A program made the position numbers and the translations under genes. The notes below the pieces were generated by a model, which ran no database searches, was not told the DNA's origin, and worked only from the letters and a program-made list of their open reading frames with translations. This document shows, in pieces, positions 11,031 to 25,173 of a stretch of DNA of 64,000 bases (its first letter is position 1; every line of letters starts with the position of its first letter). The stretch is from Zootoca vivipara (Eukaryota): contig NC_083282.1 of the NCBI RefSeq assembly GCF_963506605.1, positions 45,136,001-45,200,000 on the forward strand, written 5' to 3'.

Positions 11031-12240
11031 TGTCCCTGGCTCAAATGGGAAATATGTATTGTGGGAAATATAGTGTGGGACTACAGGATCTTAAAAACCT
11101 GCACAATATATTTGACCAGATATGAAAGTAGGACAAAATAAATGTATGTACACACCATGGAAACAATCAAGGATTTTACTGCAGAAATAGAGTAACAAAT
11201 GTTCAGTTAATTGATTATAAACAAACTTGGAAACAGTAATGTAATCAGTATGCTTGTGAAAAAACCAACCAGCTATGGATCTAAAGTACCCATGACACAA
11301 GAGGAGAATAGGTATCGGGCAGGTTTTTCAAGGCTCTACATAAATCAGGGTGGGTTAGAACGGTCTTGTTCAGTGTAAATACCAATAACAAAATATGCAG
11401 AAAAGCCTTCCCTTTCACTATGGCCAGCATTGCAGTGCTGAAAACCAATTTGATTTGATTCAGTTTTATCTTATTTGGTTATGACTTAATGCTCAGTTTT
11501 AGATTACTATACTGTACAGTATGCTTATTGTTGCACTTTTTACTTTTATTGCTCAGACAATTTTTGTTTTTCAGTCCTATAAATAACATAAATAAATGAC
11601 TTAATTTGGTAACTCTGATATGAGAACTTTGTTCTTTGCAGGATTGATTCAAGCCTGTGGGTTATTTACAATGTGTAGCAGAAACTGAAAATTCTTCCAC
11701 TTATTGGTTGCTATGCTCAAGAGTCTGAAAGTGACTAAAAATAGTAGCGAAATACCCTATACTACGGGGGGGGGGGGACACACAAAATAATTAAAAGTAA
11801 AGCACAATAAAAGGCAATCAAACCATAAAAGCTATCCTTCTATCCCCTAACATAAGTCTAACCACCACAAACAGCCCCCAAAGAGGGAAGAGAACACAAT
11901 GAACTGCTGCAAATGAAAACAACAACAACACTAAATTATCTTGAAGATGAGAAACATTCCCTCATCTCCACGCTTCAGACAACTTTTGGAGAAGGCACTC
12001 ATAGAAAGGCTTCTGATGCTTTTCTCGGGGCATAGTTGTCCCTGAGACTTCATGGGATAAAAATAGCACCTTGAATTAGAACCATTGAAATGAATGGGCA
12101 TGACTAATTTAGGTCCACTAATTTCATTGAGTGAAACTTACTTGGATGCAACCCCAACCTGCCTTAAACACTTCTGACCACTGGCAAAATTGGAATAGAG
12201 AAGAGTAAGTTAACTTAAAGGGCTATTTATGTGGAGTCTT

Positions 12241-12598
12241 AGGGTGTTGGCAGTACTCCCCCCCAACTGCAGAGGAAGCCACTCAGGCGCCTGGGGCAGC
12301 ATGCCCAGGGGCGGGGTGAGCTGCCCATAGGAGTGCTGTGCACTGTGGGGCCTCTGGAGTCTGCTTGCCTCCTCCCACTCAGTCACCCTACAGCTGGGGG
12401 GGGGGAGGCAGCGGGCGGACCGTTTGGTCAGCATGGAGCCTGTGTGCGTGCGCCCAAGCCACCGTGTCTCTCCCAGGAGAGACGCGTGGCACGGGAGTGC
12501 TGCAGGCCCCACGGTAAGTGCCACCTGGCATTTTGGCACACCCCTCCATTGACACCCAGGGTGGCCTGCCCCCACCGCACCCCCTTCCTCTGTCCCTG
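12241..12598. mobile_element. GC-rich degenerate non-autonomous DNA element (family uncertain)
   Basis: Abrupt GC-rich island ending CCGCACCCCCTTCCTCTGTCCCTG; no clean TSD. Confidence 0.3.
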
Positions 12599-12860
12599 AC
12601 TCCCTGTACTCAGCTATATTATAAATTAACATAGCCTACTTGAAAGCGGAAGAGAGCCAGCGAGGAATCCATTGTTACATAAGCACATCTCTGAAGTTTT
12701 AGAAATGTTTTTCAATATCTGTAGAAGGGGATTAATTACTATTCCCCATTTCATATTAGAGAACGTAATTTTAACTTCTTGAGATGTACTAGGCCCATTA
12801 CTGTTTCCATTCATTTTCACTGTGTGACTCATAGCTTCTTTTTCGGGGGTTGTCTTTTAG

Positions 12861-12982
12861 GTGCGGCACAAAGTATCTGATCAGGTTATGGCTTTGAAGA
12901 TGAACACGCTAAGCAGCAACAGAGCAAATATGCTGAAAGAAGTCCAGCTCATGAATAGACTTTCACATCCAAACATATTAAA
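12861..12982 (+). CDS. TESK2: TESK2 coding exon (122 bp), subdomains II-IV
   Basis: ttttag|[40 protein letters not shown]|gtaag. Confidence 0.97.
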
Positions 12983-14546
12983 GTAAGAAAGGTGGGGTGT
13001 ATTTTTGTATGTGGGAATGCAAATCAAGTTTCATGTACCACCTCTTATGGTCCTTTGTGTTTGTGGAGGTAAAGTTGAATATTCAGGTACTGTCTCTCAA
13101 AACTTTGGAGCTAAGTTTTGGATCAGTGTTTAGACTCTTGTTTATGCCATTATTCCCAGAGTCATCCTGATTCTAAATACATTTCTATTGTCTTATACCA
13201 TAATTTTGACTAGCTTTCTTCTGGCCTTCTGCATTCTGCATTAAATATTATGTGTTGTATTCCTCTAACTTTTACTCAGAGTAGACCTTTTGAAATTAAT
13301 GACCATAACTGTAACTTAATTTTACAAATATTAGTTATTTAAATCTTAATTTGCATTGTGCCTGTGTGAAGTAGTGATTAGAGCATTGGACAAAGCTCAT
13401 AGACTTTGAGGTGGGTGAGACATGGCAGTGTGCAGTTATACAACGTGGTTGTAAATTTAAATGAAACCCCCCTGAAATTATATTTGAGGTGGTCCTTGTT
13501 GTGGAATATTTGTTACAGAACAATGCAAGTATTTGCACAAATAGAGCATTGCAAAACATAGTATTACTATATGTGTTGTGGTGATGACTGGCACTTTGAG
13601 CAGAAATACTCATGCAAATGATTAGTACTCCACTGTCATGTTTTAAATCAGTATTCTTTTTCTAGAAAGATTAAACAACTGCTTTAATAGTGACAAGCTC
13701 CTGAAGTATCTAAGTATCTTGCTTATAGCATATCATTTCCATAGGAAATATTTTATGCAGATCCATTTAAACCTGTATTTAAATAAGAAAATGGGGAAAA
13801 TATATTCGTACAAATGAATTTATAAAATGGGATTACAATAGCATCTGTATGCTTTAAGCTTTATGACTTCTGTTAACTAAAACTGTTCATATGAAAGAAG
13901 TGCAATTTGTCTAATTTCCTCATTTCCAATGGCCAACTGTACAATGCTACTCAAGCGCTTAGCACCGCACTTTTGGGAACTAGGAACATAGGGTACTGCC
14001 TTAACGCTGAGTCAGACCTGATAGTGGCTCTTCAGGATTTCAGCCTGGGCCCTTCTGCATGCAGATACTTATAACTGAACCACAGCTCTTCTGGAAAAAT
14101 GTGAGGCTAGGTTTCCAGTTCCATGTTTGTTTGTTAATGCAAATGGACAGAGGCATCTGCAGAGGGGAATGGGTAAATATAAATTTCCATCTTACATAAA
14201 CATATTTTCATAGTCCTGCCTCAAGATTGTCCCCCTCCCCACTTGGCACATTGTTGCATAGGTATGTGTATGAGCATAAATACTTGGATAGATGACTGCC
14301 TGGAAACCACATGTATGCTACCTTGAGTTCCTTGAAGAAGGGAGGGTAGAAATGCAAGAAAATAAATAATAAATAAATGGGTGTGTGAAATGTTGGAGTG
14401 GTGCTTTTTTTTTTAAAGGGGAGGATACAAGACTTTTTTTCCCCAAGAAGAGGAAGTATGTATGCATAGGAAATGCACAAAAATTAGTGGGACAACAGCA
14501 GTGAAAGGCAACAAGTTTCAAAGGAAACCTCATTTCCTTTGAAATA

Positions 14547-14772
14547 CAGTGGTCCCTCGGGTTACAAACGCTTCAGGTTACAAACTCCGCTAACCCAGAA
14601 ATAGTACCTCAGGTTAAGAACTTTGCTTCAGGAGGAGAACAGAAATCGTGCTCCAGCGGCGCGGCAGCAACAGGAGGCCCCATTAGCTAAAGTGGTGCTT
14701 CAGGTTAAGAACAGTTTCAGGTTAAGAACGGACCTCCGTAACGAATTAACTTCTTAACCAGAGGTACTACTG
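14547..14772 (+). mobile_element. Tigger/pogo-like MITE
   Basis: TA|CAGTGGTCCCTCGGGTT ... AACCAGAGGTACTACTG|TA; same family in reverse orientation at 59960-60183. Confidence 0.85.
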
Positions 14773-15948
14773 TACTCTGATATGCCTTCAGGTAGGTGCA
14801 TAGTTGCCATACAGTCAGTTTGGTGGTTAGTTTTCATGTGTGATTCCATATGCTATAATGTCCGAAGCAGCTTCATTCTTTATGCTTTATTTTATTTTAA
14901 GGCAGAACGTTATATATTGGATAAGATAAAAATGAGCTTATTTAATTGTTCTATTAACGCAAACAGATTTTCATAGCTGAAGGCTTATTTGCCTGTTTTC
15001 CTTCACTCTTAATGAAGTTATCCCCATACCCCCCCCACACTTAATAGATAAGAATACTGAAAGTTTACTCAAAAGCAGCTTGCGTTCTACTGCATGTTTC
15101 TTGTATCATACAGAACTTTTAAAAATATATAAAGGAACACTTTCCATAAGTCAGTTTCACAGTATTCCTTTTGTCAGGCGTCTTGTGGTCTTTTTTTTTT
15201 TTTGAAATTGTGCATTTTCACTTCTGCTTATGCTAAATAAAGTCCCAGAATTGCCCCATACTAAAAATTAAACTTATTGTTCAATTTTTCAGTTATTACA
15301 TAGCTCAATGTCATGACATAGCTCAAAGGTACTTTCATAAAAGTCATATTTAGAACTGATAACATTTTGCAGTTGTGAGATGAACTGAAAATAATTGGAT
15401 TCCTAAGCCTTAAAGTTTATGGCATGTATAATCTATATTTTAACTGAATAGAAAACTTAGCAGTTTATTTGTTGGTCTTTTCTGGCAGTGTGATCACATT
15501 TGGTGGTATCTTCATTGCTGTTCTAATAATCCACATTTTATATACCAATACTAATGTCCGGGTAGATATAAAATCTAGCTAGACAATTGCTAAGGCCAGG
15601 TCAAACATACACTTTAAGATGTCCATTTCTACATTAAGACACAGCATTGATTTCTCTACACCAAACTTTTTCTGTATGTATGAAAGTAAAAGGTTGTGTT
15701 TGTTAGTATTGTCCTAACCCCAAACCTTACAAATGTTTAGGAATAGGCAGAATTTAGAAATCTACTCCCCATCTTCAACAACATTGGTTCAGTATACTAG
15801 TGCTAGAAACTAATATACTTAGTGATTTGTATTTTTAAAGCAGCAGCTATTAACATAATGATTCAGATGCACTGGTAACTTGTTTTAAAGTTGACAAAAT
15901 GCACTGTCTGTTTCCCATTTTAAGAAGCTGTTTACTCCTGTTTTATAG

Positions 15949-15997
15949 GTTTATGGGCGTCTGTGTACATCAAGGACAACTGCATGCCCTTACTGAG
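15949..15997 (+). CDS. TESK2: TESK2 coding exon (49 bp)
   Basis: ttatag|(K)FMGVCVHQGQLHALTE|gtatga; phase matches neighbours. Confidence 0.96.
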
Positions 15998-16084
15998 GTA
16001 TGACTGTATAAAGTACCAAGCTATTTATCATATGTACTTCCCTTGAACTAGTTGGGTTATCTGTAATTGTCCCTAGAAACATAG

Positions 16085-16210
16085 TTTCCTTGGAGGTTTT
16101 AAAGCAGAGGCTGGGAGGCCACCTGTCATGTATGATGTAGTTGAGAATCCTGCATTGCAGGGGGCTGGACTAGTTGACATTCGGGGTCCTTTCCAAATCT
16201 ATGATTCTGT
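16085..16210 (+). mobile_element. CR1 LINE 3' end fragment
   Basis: GGAGGTTTTAAAGCAGAGGCTGG...GGACTAG...GGTCCTTTCCAAATCTATGATTCTGTG terminal motif. Confidence 0.75.
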
Positions 16211-16492
16211 GTTTACCCAAGCATTCCAATATAATTGAATGCAAGTCTTAATTGTAAGGGTTCTATAATCAGTCCTCTTAATTTTCACTGACACATTCCT
16301 TATTAGAATTAAGTAGGAGACCAAGTCATTACTTAAATCATTGCAAACTATGCTACTACCACACCTATAGAACTTCTAATATACTCTAGTTCACATTTTA
16401 ATATTATTGCAGTTTATATTTAAATTTCACAGCCCTTCCTTGCCAAAGTAGAATATAAGAAAGGATGTGTTAAGAGCATCTCCAGTGTTCAA

Positions 16493-16634
16493 ACGAAATA
16501 AAAAAAAAGTCCTTCCAGTAGCACCTTAGAGACCAGCTAAGTTTGCCATTGGTATGAGCTTTCGTGTGCATGCACTGGAAGGAATTTTTTATTTTCTTTC
16601 AACTATGTCAGACCAACACGGCTACCTACCTGTA
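16493..16634. mobile_element. Penelope-like fold-back insertion, copy 2
   Basis: Same arms and tail as 8914 and 39582; 12-bp TSD TCCAGTGTTCAA at 16481-16492 and 16635-16646. Confidence 0.78.
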
Positions 16635-19600
16635 TCCAGTGTTCAAGTAATTTAATTCCTATGCTGCTTTATAAATTTGGGTGGCATGTCATTTCTGAGC
16701 ACAATGGAATTAAAAGGGAGATGGAAAACAACATATTGGTTTCTAAAGAGCAAGCTTGGTTACAAACTGCAGATTTTAATCTAAAAGGACATTCTCCAGA
16801 AGTCACAACACACTTGTAGTTTGTTCATCTTGTGCCGCATCTAATGCTATTTGCATGAAAGCAACTGTCATTAATTCACCTACTTGCCTTCAATAATTCA
16901 GAGCAGGAAAATTATTCATAAGTGTGTGTAAACTCAGATATTGCAACAGCACTGGTTGTTTTTATGTTGCTAGTTAAGAAACATCTTGGATTAAAAATTG
17001 TGCTCATACAAGTTCCGTGCATGCAACAGAACTTCCCCTCCCGCTCCTCTGCCTGCCCCCTCACATCACCTCCAGTTCTGCACTGGAAGGTTGAGAAAAC
17101 CCTCAGAGCAGATATGGGGTGTGTGCGGCAGGAGGAAAGGGAGAGGAAGTTCTTATGAACCAGTGAAGCTGTCCCACACGCACAAGTATTTAGTTGGATA
17201 CAACCCAAGATAATTAAAGGAATGCTATATCTTTTCTTCCTTTCAATTCCTGTTTAGGTGAAACACAGATTCATTCTGAATGAATTTTGAATGCAAAACT
17301 AGAGATCTAAAAGGGTTAGATCTAACATCTAGCATAAGATTAGCACATGAACATAGTTTCAAGTGTCCAAGATTTCTCATCTGTTCTTTGAGCTGGAGTC
17401 TTCTGGAAAATATTATATGTCCATTCTGTTGATGCCCTTCACTCAAGCAGCAAAAATATCAAGGAAGTGTAGCAAACTTGCTAGAGGAATTCTGAAACTG
17501 AATAATGCATCTTTGGGCTGTTGCAGATTTGTGTTCTGTAGAAGCGCAGAATGGCTATACATCAAGTATTACAGTTTTTTTTCTCACATGTCTGCTTGAG
17601 AGTCTGTACACATTAAAGATTTTGAGGTTATGTGCTTATGTTTGAAGGAAGTTAGCACATCTGGTTCTTTAAGGAAAGGGAGGGAGGACTGACACCAGTC
17701 AGCCTTATTTTGAATTGCTTGCTTCAGAAATTTGTTTTCTAGCAAACCAATCACATATGTTGCTATCCTGCACTACTACAGAGCACCAAATCCTCAGCTG
17801 GATGTAGAGCAACTACAGTAATACGTTTCCAAAAACATTAATGTGGAATTAGTTGAATGCAAGCCTGAATGAAAGACAGGTGAGGGAGAGGCTTTTTCTT
17901 TCAGTTATTTTTCTGATCAGTATGAACACACACACCCTCCCAGGCTGCTTGTTTAAACCTGGAGCCACAGTATTACACAGTGAATAGAGACTGGTTTTAA
18001 CAGAAGAGGGGTATGTGGGTGAAGAATATAGATCTCTCCCTTCCCCCTTTCCCACTTAATATTGTCCTTCTTCCCAAGCCTTTCCAACAGCTGAGTTCAG
18101 ATTGCAGGAAGGGTCAAACAGCTTTTGCATGCATGCCATCTGCTCATAGGATCATATACCTCCCCTCACTCCCTCTTCCTAAATGATTGGGACAAATCTG
18201 GATTAAACACTGATCTACTGTTACCATGTCTAGTTTATCACTTAGTTTGGCACCACTAGAGACTGAAAACTACAAAAGCTATGTTTGAACCATTGAACCA
18301 TCAATACCACTTCCTAAGTGCATGCTCTATTGAGCTGAAAATCCCACTTGTCTCAGTGGTTATAGAACTTCTGCAAAATCAGAAATTAGAGAAGGGTGCT
18401 AAGACAGTAAGGATAGTCACATCCCACTGATTCTGTAAACTATATTGCACCTGGAGGCATTGAAGTGTGATTGCAATGGATTCTGTGGTATTGTTATGAG
18501 TGGACTCCATCCCCTGTGGTTAACCAGTCTCCCATTTGATCTTTTGTTCTTAATGATGCTTTACAGATGTTACGCTTTGAGAATATTCAGTAGGAGATGC
18601 TTCCTATGCCCTCCAAATCCAGCAGTTGTTTTCTGTCTATAGGCCTTGCGGATAATTGTGCAAGGAGGGTAGGGCACTTAATGCAAATATACAAACTAGA
18701 AGCAAATGTGTAACTTATTGGGACAGAGTGCACATGCTTCTGGAGAGAAGCTTGCACCTGCTTTGCTTTTCCCTGAGATTTTTAGCACACTGCAATAGCT
18801 AAGCCAAGCTTTTACTTGGCATCCAAACCAGGATTGTGGTTAAGGTCTTAGCTTCCTCACCAAGCTAAAAAGTCCAGGGAGGAGCAATGTAGATTCCCCA
18901 GTGGGGAATGTTGTCATTTTCATGTGCTTGAAAAATTGGTAGAATTTCTTTGGCTGTAGTTTGCTTTTGTTAGGTGTGGGGAATGGTGAAATTAAGGAGA
19001 CTCTTTGCTTTTCACCTAGAGATTGTCTTCCTATAGTTTGAAGGCCAAAGAGAAAGTCAACGTTGATAATTTTTGTCAATTTTTTTGCTCTCCATAGAAC
19101 ACCACAATGGTGGCTCAGGAACTCAGATGACTCAGGAGTTCTAGCTTAGGGTTGAGCTAGAAAAGTTTATATCTGTAGGAGTAGGGTATGGGGGTATGGG
19201 TGGTGAAAGTGATCCACTGACGGGTGGTGATTTCAAGCTACATTCTGCAAGGGTAAGCTGCGCAGTTGAGTTCCCCATGGGGAACTATGTTGTGCATCTA
19301 ATTGAACTGTGACTCTACCTGCTCCACATGTAACATCAGATGTGGATTAGATAGGTGTGATTTGGGGGAAACGACCTCACAGACCAACTGTGACCCATGC
19401 TGGGCCAAATTTGGTCCTTAGGCCAGAGGTTCCCGTCCTTGTAGACAGGGGTAGGTACTCTTGTTAAGGGGAGAGTGACTCTTCCTCTAGTTGGAAACAA
19501 GAGGTGCCCATTACAGGGAAAGGGTTGGCTCCTTTAAATTTCACCAGCAATTTCTTTAGTAAAGGTGTGAATGAAGTTTATCCTAAGCATAGTTATCCCT

Positions 19601-21648
19601 TCTGAATAAAGTCTATTCTGTGACAGCTGCATATTACTTAATTCACACTGCATATTGCTTAATTAGCTAGAGCTTGCATAGTATCTGCAAAAGTAAATAA
19701 AAGAACGCTTATTGTTGTATGGAAGCACTTTTTGATACAAATAAGTCATGTTGCAGTAAGCCATGTGGCTGTACTTTGGCATGAAATCAGTCTTTGGCTT
19801 GGAAGCTGTTCTTCAGCAATTCAAGTATTCACTTGTAAACTCTCTTGAGGTCTTAATGCATTTTTCATGTAGTTATTTTTAGTAACTGCCAAGGCCTTTG
19901 AGAAACTTGAACTGAGTTTGGCACTTAGTCTGCACAAATAAAAGATATTTTGTTACTTTATAAGCGTAACTTTTTCTTGTATTTTATACAAAGAATAATT
20001 TGCCTTGACATTTCATAATACTCTCCAATTTAAATACATTAATTTTTAATTATAACAAAATCAAATTGAAGCTATTTTCATTTTTAAAAAGCATTGCTAA
20101 AATATTAATTTCTCATATTAAATATTTGGAACTTAATCTGACTGAGGAACCATAATTCTCAGTGAAATTTTAAAATTTCAGGCCATCTCTGCATCGTATT
20201 TCCACAGGTAGACGATAGACTGAAATGGCTTAATTCACATGTTGCATTAAACTGGTTTAACGTGAATGTACAGGGTGCTAGTGCATCCTGTTTAAAAGTT
20301 ATTGCTCCTCCCCTGCTCCTCCTGCACCAGCAGGAAACAAGGCAGAATCTGGCTTATCATGACTCAGGGGCTCATGACTTGTTTCCCTTAAACAAACCAT
20401 GTGCAGGAAGCCAAGGACAAACCAGTTAAATGTTTTTAAGTACAGTCCTTGAGTTTGTGTGCTTCCTCCTTTCCTCTTCTTCCCTTCACACATAGCAGTT
20501 GAATACTTCATTTTATCCCATGCTTAATGAAGGTGGATGATTATTTTGTTGCAGTGAGAAATAGCCATGCTACTGTTTGTCCCACCCTCCTTTTTCAAAG
20601 CTAGGTTTCTGGCTGTTAAGCCTTATAATGAAAATTTGCAGAGGAACTGAAACTGATTACACTCAGGATTTATGTGTGGAAGCCTCTGGTTCATTTTACT
20701 TCCACTGGTGGTTGAGTTGAGACAAGTTGTGGTTTGGTAACTGGGAGTACCCAGTCACCCAGCAGGCTTCCCTTTCTATTCCTACGTCACAGAAATGATG
20801 GCAAACTATGGCTAGCAAATATGAAGTGGAGGAGGGAGTTGCATGTGAGAAGGAGGGGTGGAGAAGGCATACAAACATTTGGGTGACTTGTCTCCCCCAC
20901 TGTGGCATGTGCTTTTAGTTTAATTTTCTGAAATTCTTTATGGTCATCAGGTGCTAATCTTAAGTCCCAGTTCACTGATCCAATTGTTACTGTTCAGCCT
21001 AGGAAACTGAGTTCTATTGCACTTTTGCAGACTTGATTACTAGTCACTAAACTCACTGTTCCCCAATATCAGATTGCACAGAATAACCTCAGTATAAATT
21101 GGATGGTATGAGGATGTAGCTCATGGTGCTCAGCATCCATTTCTTGTAGTTGCAAAAGTGTTCCTTCTTCTGTGGAAATCACAGAGGCTTTTCCACATAC
21201 ATAGGAGGGATCATATGGAAAGAATTAAGTGACCAGGTCCTTCACAGCCCTTAGTGTTGCTGTCCTTCTTGCTGTGCTAGAACTGTTTCTCCAACTGGAG
21301 CCGCATCTTATTGCACAAGGATACAGCATACAGATTTATAAATTCATCATCTGTTCTATTTCTTTCTTTCTCTTACCTGAATATTAAAATATATACCTGA
21401 ATATATTAAAAGAGATGTTATGGTGGAATTCACTTTAAGAATGCAGTAAAGCTTTTGTAGCAATAAAACCTCAAACATTTCTATGAGTAGGTTTGTACAG
21501 GCTTTATTTTACAACTAAATATAAGTTCCAAGTACTGCTTCTCTGCTGTATAGGGGAAAGGCCTATACAGTAGTTAGTTGCCTGCAAACTTAAGATCAGA
21601 TTGTTTGAAGAAATTTGTGAAGCTCAGGACAAAAATAATTGCAGAATA

Positions 21649-21843
21649 TGGTGTTTCCGTGGGCTCTGGCTTCCATCACAGGTGTTTTGTTGCCACAGAA
21701 GCGATTTAGTCATGCTGGCCACATACCCGGAAGGCTGTCTGTGGACAAACACTGGCTCCCTCGGCCTGAAAGCAAGATGAGCACCGCACCCCATAGTCGT
21801 CTTTGACTGGACTTAACCGTCCAGGGGTCCTTTACTTTTACCT
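21649..21843 (+). mobile_element. Sauria SINE, 3' part
   Basis: TAGTCATGCTGGCCACAT..CCCGGAAG..GGCTCCCTCGGCC..GATGAGCACC..GACTGGACTTAAC..CAGGGGTCCTTTACTTTTACC tail. Confidence 0.8.
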
Positions 21844-23559
21844 ACAAATTTCTCTAATCCTGAATTCTCTAATATTTTCCTACAACCCACAATTTCACAG
21901 GACCATACAACAACTTTGCAAACACTCAGAAGTAAAAACATCAGAATCAAGAATTTAGATCTACAGTACATGAATTTGTATTGCTGCTTAAAGTATATTC
22001 TATCAAGGATTGTGAAGAAAGGAAACAGCATTCAGCTGAGTTCCAGCAGCACACCCAGTAGGCCTTTCCTTCCCATCTAGCTCTTCAAGGGCATACTTGT
22101 ATTTTTAATGGAATTTGAATTGTTGGCATACTTGGAGCACAAGTATTCCTAGCCTTCAGTCCTGAGCTGCCACTTTTTATGTACTTAACCCTTGTTCCAG
22201 TTGGAAAAAGTCCTCTGTTACTTGCAAAGCTGCGTTTGTTTTGTACATAATGGGAGCAAGAGCTGTCACATCTTTTTTACTTTACTCCCCCCCCTTGCTT
22301 AGAAGGCTATCCCAAATATATAATTAGGTGGAGCCTTATCCCTATTTTGAAGAGTTGGATTAATTTGGTTTTAAGTACGGTATTGTAGAATTATAATTGC
22401 ATTTGTACACACAATGAACTTTTAGGCCCAACTGTTAAAGCAGTGCTTATATTGTAGCATCAGCTGGAGCAAGGCCCCAATGGATAGTTAATTTATCTGA
22501 AATGGCAGATATTCACAGCATGCTTATTTGAAATCGCAAAGACCACATATTCCAGTACTTGCATTGGGACTGATAACTTGTTGGGAGGAGGAGGGTGGAA
22601 TAGCTTGGTAACAGAGATCCTTTCACCTGAGATTCTTGACTATGGAAGCCTGTGGGGCTGTTGAAATGAGCAGTAGTCCTACTATGCAAAGAGAAATGAG
22701 CAAAGTGTTATAATTTCTCCTGGGGAAGATTTATTCAGATCTATGGTACTAAGTATTTGAGCAGACTGGATCTTGCCTTTTTATGTGCTAACTGCATCAA
22801 CAGATAAGATTAAGTTACAGTTACAATAGACAAAGTACTCTGAAGCCAAACAGGCAATCAGCATGAAATTCGACACATTGGCACTACTATAGCCCTTTCA
22901 CTATTAAAGGTCTTTCTTAATTAAACCTTCATTATTGATTTGCAGTCAAATATTTCCAGTATCTGCATGCTTTACATGCCGAGCGCATTTTGCTGTGGCG
23001 ACATAGCATTCAATAAACAAGAGGGTGATATCCACTGGTCCACCAGTGGCACATTCCAGTTTGTGGAATGATTCCTGCTCCCATTGCAGCCCTCTGTACA
23101 TGCTGCAACTCTGTTATGGTGGCTAAGCTGTGGGAGGTGTAGGGGGTTGGAAAGAGGAAGTCCAGTTGCATGAGTGGAGGTCTAATTCTGTGACGTTGAC
23201 TATCACTCATACAGAAGAAAAAAGAGTGATTGTGGTCAAAATGCAATGTGCTAATATATTTGTAAGCTGAATTCAAAAATGGGTAATACTAAAATACTTG
23301 GTAAACCCAGTTTAATTATTGGCTGCAGTATAGACACAGCAAACAAATCATCGGTTTGTTCCAAATCAATTTATGAATTGCTTCATGCAGGAAAAAGTCC
23401 CACAGTGATTTACAACACTAGGCAGTATATACACAATAAAAAGCCATTGGAACAAAACAAGTATGAAAAGTCTAAATTCACAAAAACCACCCCACAATAT
23501 AAAAATAATCAGCCCACATTCATAGGAATGAACACTAAAAATAAACAATCAAAAGTCAG

Positions 23560-24420
23560 ACTATTGGAACTCTGTCCAAATGCTTGTGAGAATAAAAATC
23601 TTTTTGGCTGGCACTGTGAAGGTGACAAAGTCAGTGCCAAGGAAGCATCTCTGGGAAGGACAATCCATTATTTGTGGGTAGCTTCTCTTGTTGACACCCT
23701 CTGAATATCTGTTGGAGGGGGCACACAGAAGGACCTCAGATATTGATTTCACCTTCATGTGAGGAAAAGCAGTCCTTGAAGTGCTAGCCACCCAAGACTT
23801 TATATGTCAAGATTAGCACTTTGAATTGGGCTCAGGAAAAAATATTGACAGTCAGTACAAGCTAGCCAGAACTGAAGTTATATGTTCAAGCCAGTTAGTC
23901 CTTGTCAGTCTGGCCACCACATTCTGCAGTAGCTGCAGTTACTGAATAGTCTTCAAAGGTATTTCAACATAAAACACAATGCAGTAATCTATCCTATAAA
24001 TTACCAGGTCACTCAAGCCAGGCTATCTGTATCCAGATAGGAAGGCTGCTGGACCACCAGCCAAAGCTGTTAAAAGGCATTTGGCAGCATGGAGCCCACT
24101 TGTTCCTTCATTGGCAATGGAGCATACAGGAGTACCCCCCAGGCTTGCACACCTGTTTCTTCAAGGGGATTCTGACCGCATTTAGAGCAGATTCCACCTC
24201 ATCCATCTGGACAGGAAACTACCTACTGACTGTGCATATCTCTTGCCTGAGTTGAGCTTCAGTTTGTTGTCGCTCACCAAATCTATTATCAAGGCCAGGC
24301 ACTGGTTCAGCACATCTGCCACAACACCTCTCAGTCCTTCAAACAATGATATGCAGGAGACAAAACAATACTGAACTGTAAAGGACAATATGTTCTGAGA
24401 AAAATATGAAGGAAGTACTG
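23560..24420 (-). mobile_element. Degenerate LINE (L2-like) remnant; boundaries approximate
   Basis: Decayed minus-strand RT-like segment (..NKLKLNSGK..) and L2-like 3' motifs. Confidence 0.5.
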
Positions 24421-24715
24421 CTAGTGCAAAGCAGGCTCTTTGAGAATGACGGTTGGACATTATGTAGCAGGACGGTGATATCCTGCAGCTTAGTACCATG
24501 TAAAGGAGGTGTGGTGCATTGCAAGAAGACCTGATCTCAGTATCGCTCCAAAACTGCAGATTCTGGCAGAGCAATCACACCAGGGAATCTGGGATCAACT
24601 GTTATTTGCAATGTAGATACTGTGGCTCAGTTGTTTTAACTGTCAAAAAAGTATGCCCACTATTTTCTTCCCAAAACATTTGCATGGTTCCATAGAGTGC
24701 TGGATGAAGCAAGCA

Positions 24716-24848
24716 GGAGAGCCATAGCTCAGTAACAGAGCATCTGCTTTGCATGCAGAAGGTCCCAAGTTCAATCTCTGGCATTTCCGGATAGGACTGG
24801 GAATGCCCCTGTCTGAAATCCTGGAGTGCTACTGCCAGTCAGTGTAGA
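24716..24848 (+). mobile_element. tRNA-derived SINE
   Basis: A box TAGCTCAGT, TTTGCATGCAGAAGGTCCCAA, B box GTTCAATC, body CCTGGAGTGCTACTGCCAGTCAGTGTAGA. Confidence 0.75.
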
Positions 24849-25023
24849 ACATGGTGGGGAACCTCATGGCCTGGAGGCCAAATCTGAACCTCCAAAGCCT
24901 TTTCTAGTCAGCCATTGAGATTTTCCCAAGGTCACACCCCTCACTGTAGTGCTTCACAGCCTCCTCAAGTGCTCTTGCCTGGCACAAATCTGTCCTTGAA
25001 CTATGACAATGATTCTTGGTTTC

Positions 25024-25173
25024 NNNNNNNNNNNNNNNNNNNNNNNNNNNNNNNNNNNNNNNNNNNNNNNNNNNNNNNNNNNNNNNNNNNNNNNNNNNNN
25101 NNNNNNNNNNNNNNNNNNNNNNNNNNNNNNNNNNNNNNNNNNNNNNNNNNNNNNNNNNNNNNNNNNNNNNNNN
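25024..25173. other. Assembly gap (150 N)
   Basis: Run of N. Confidence 1.
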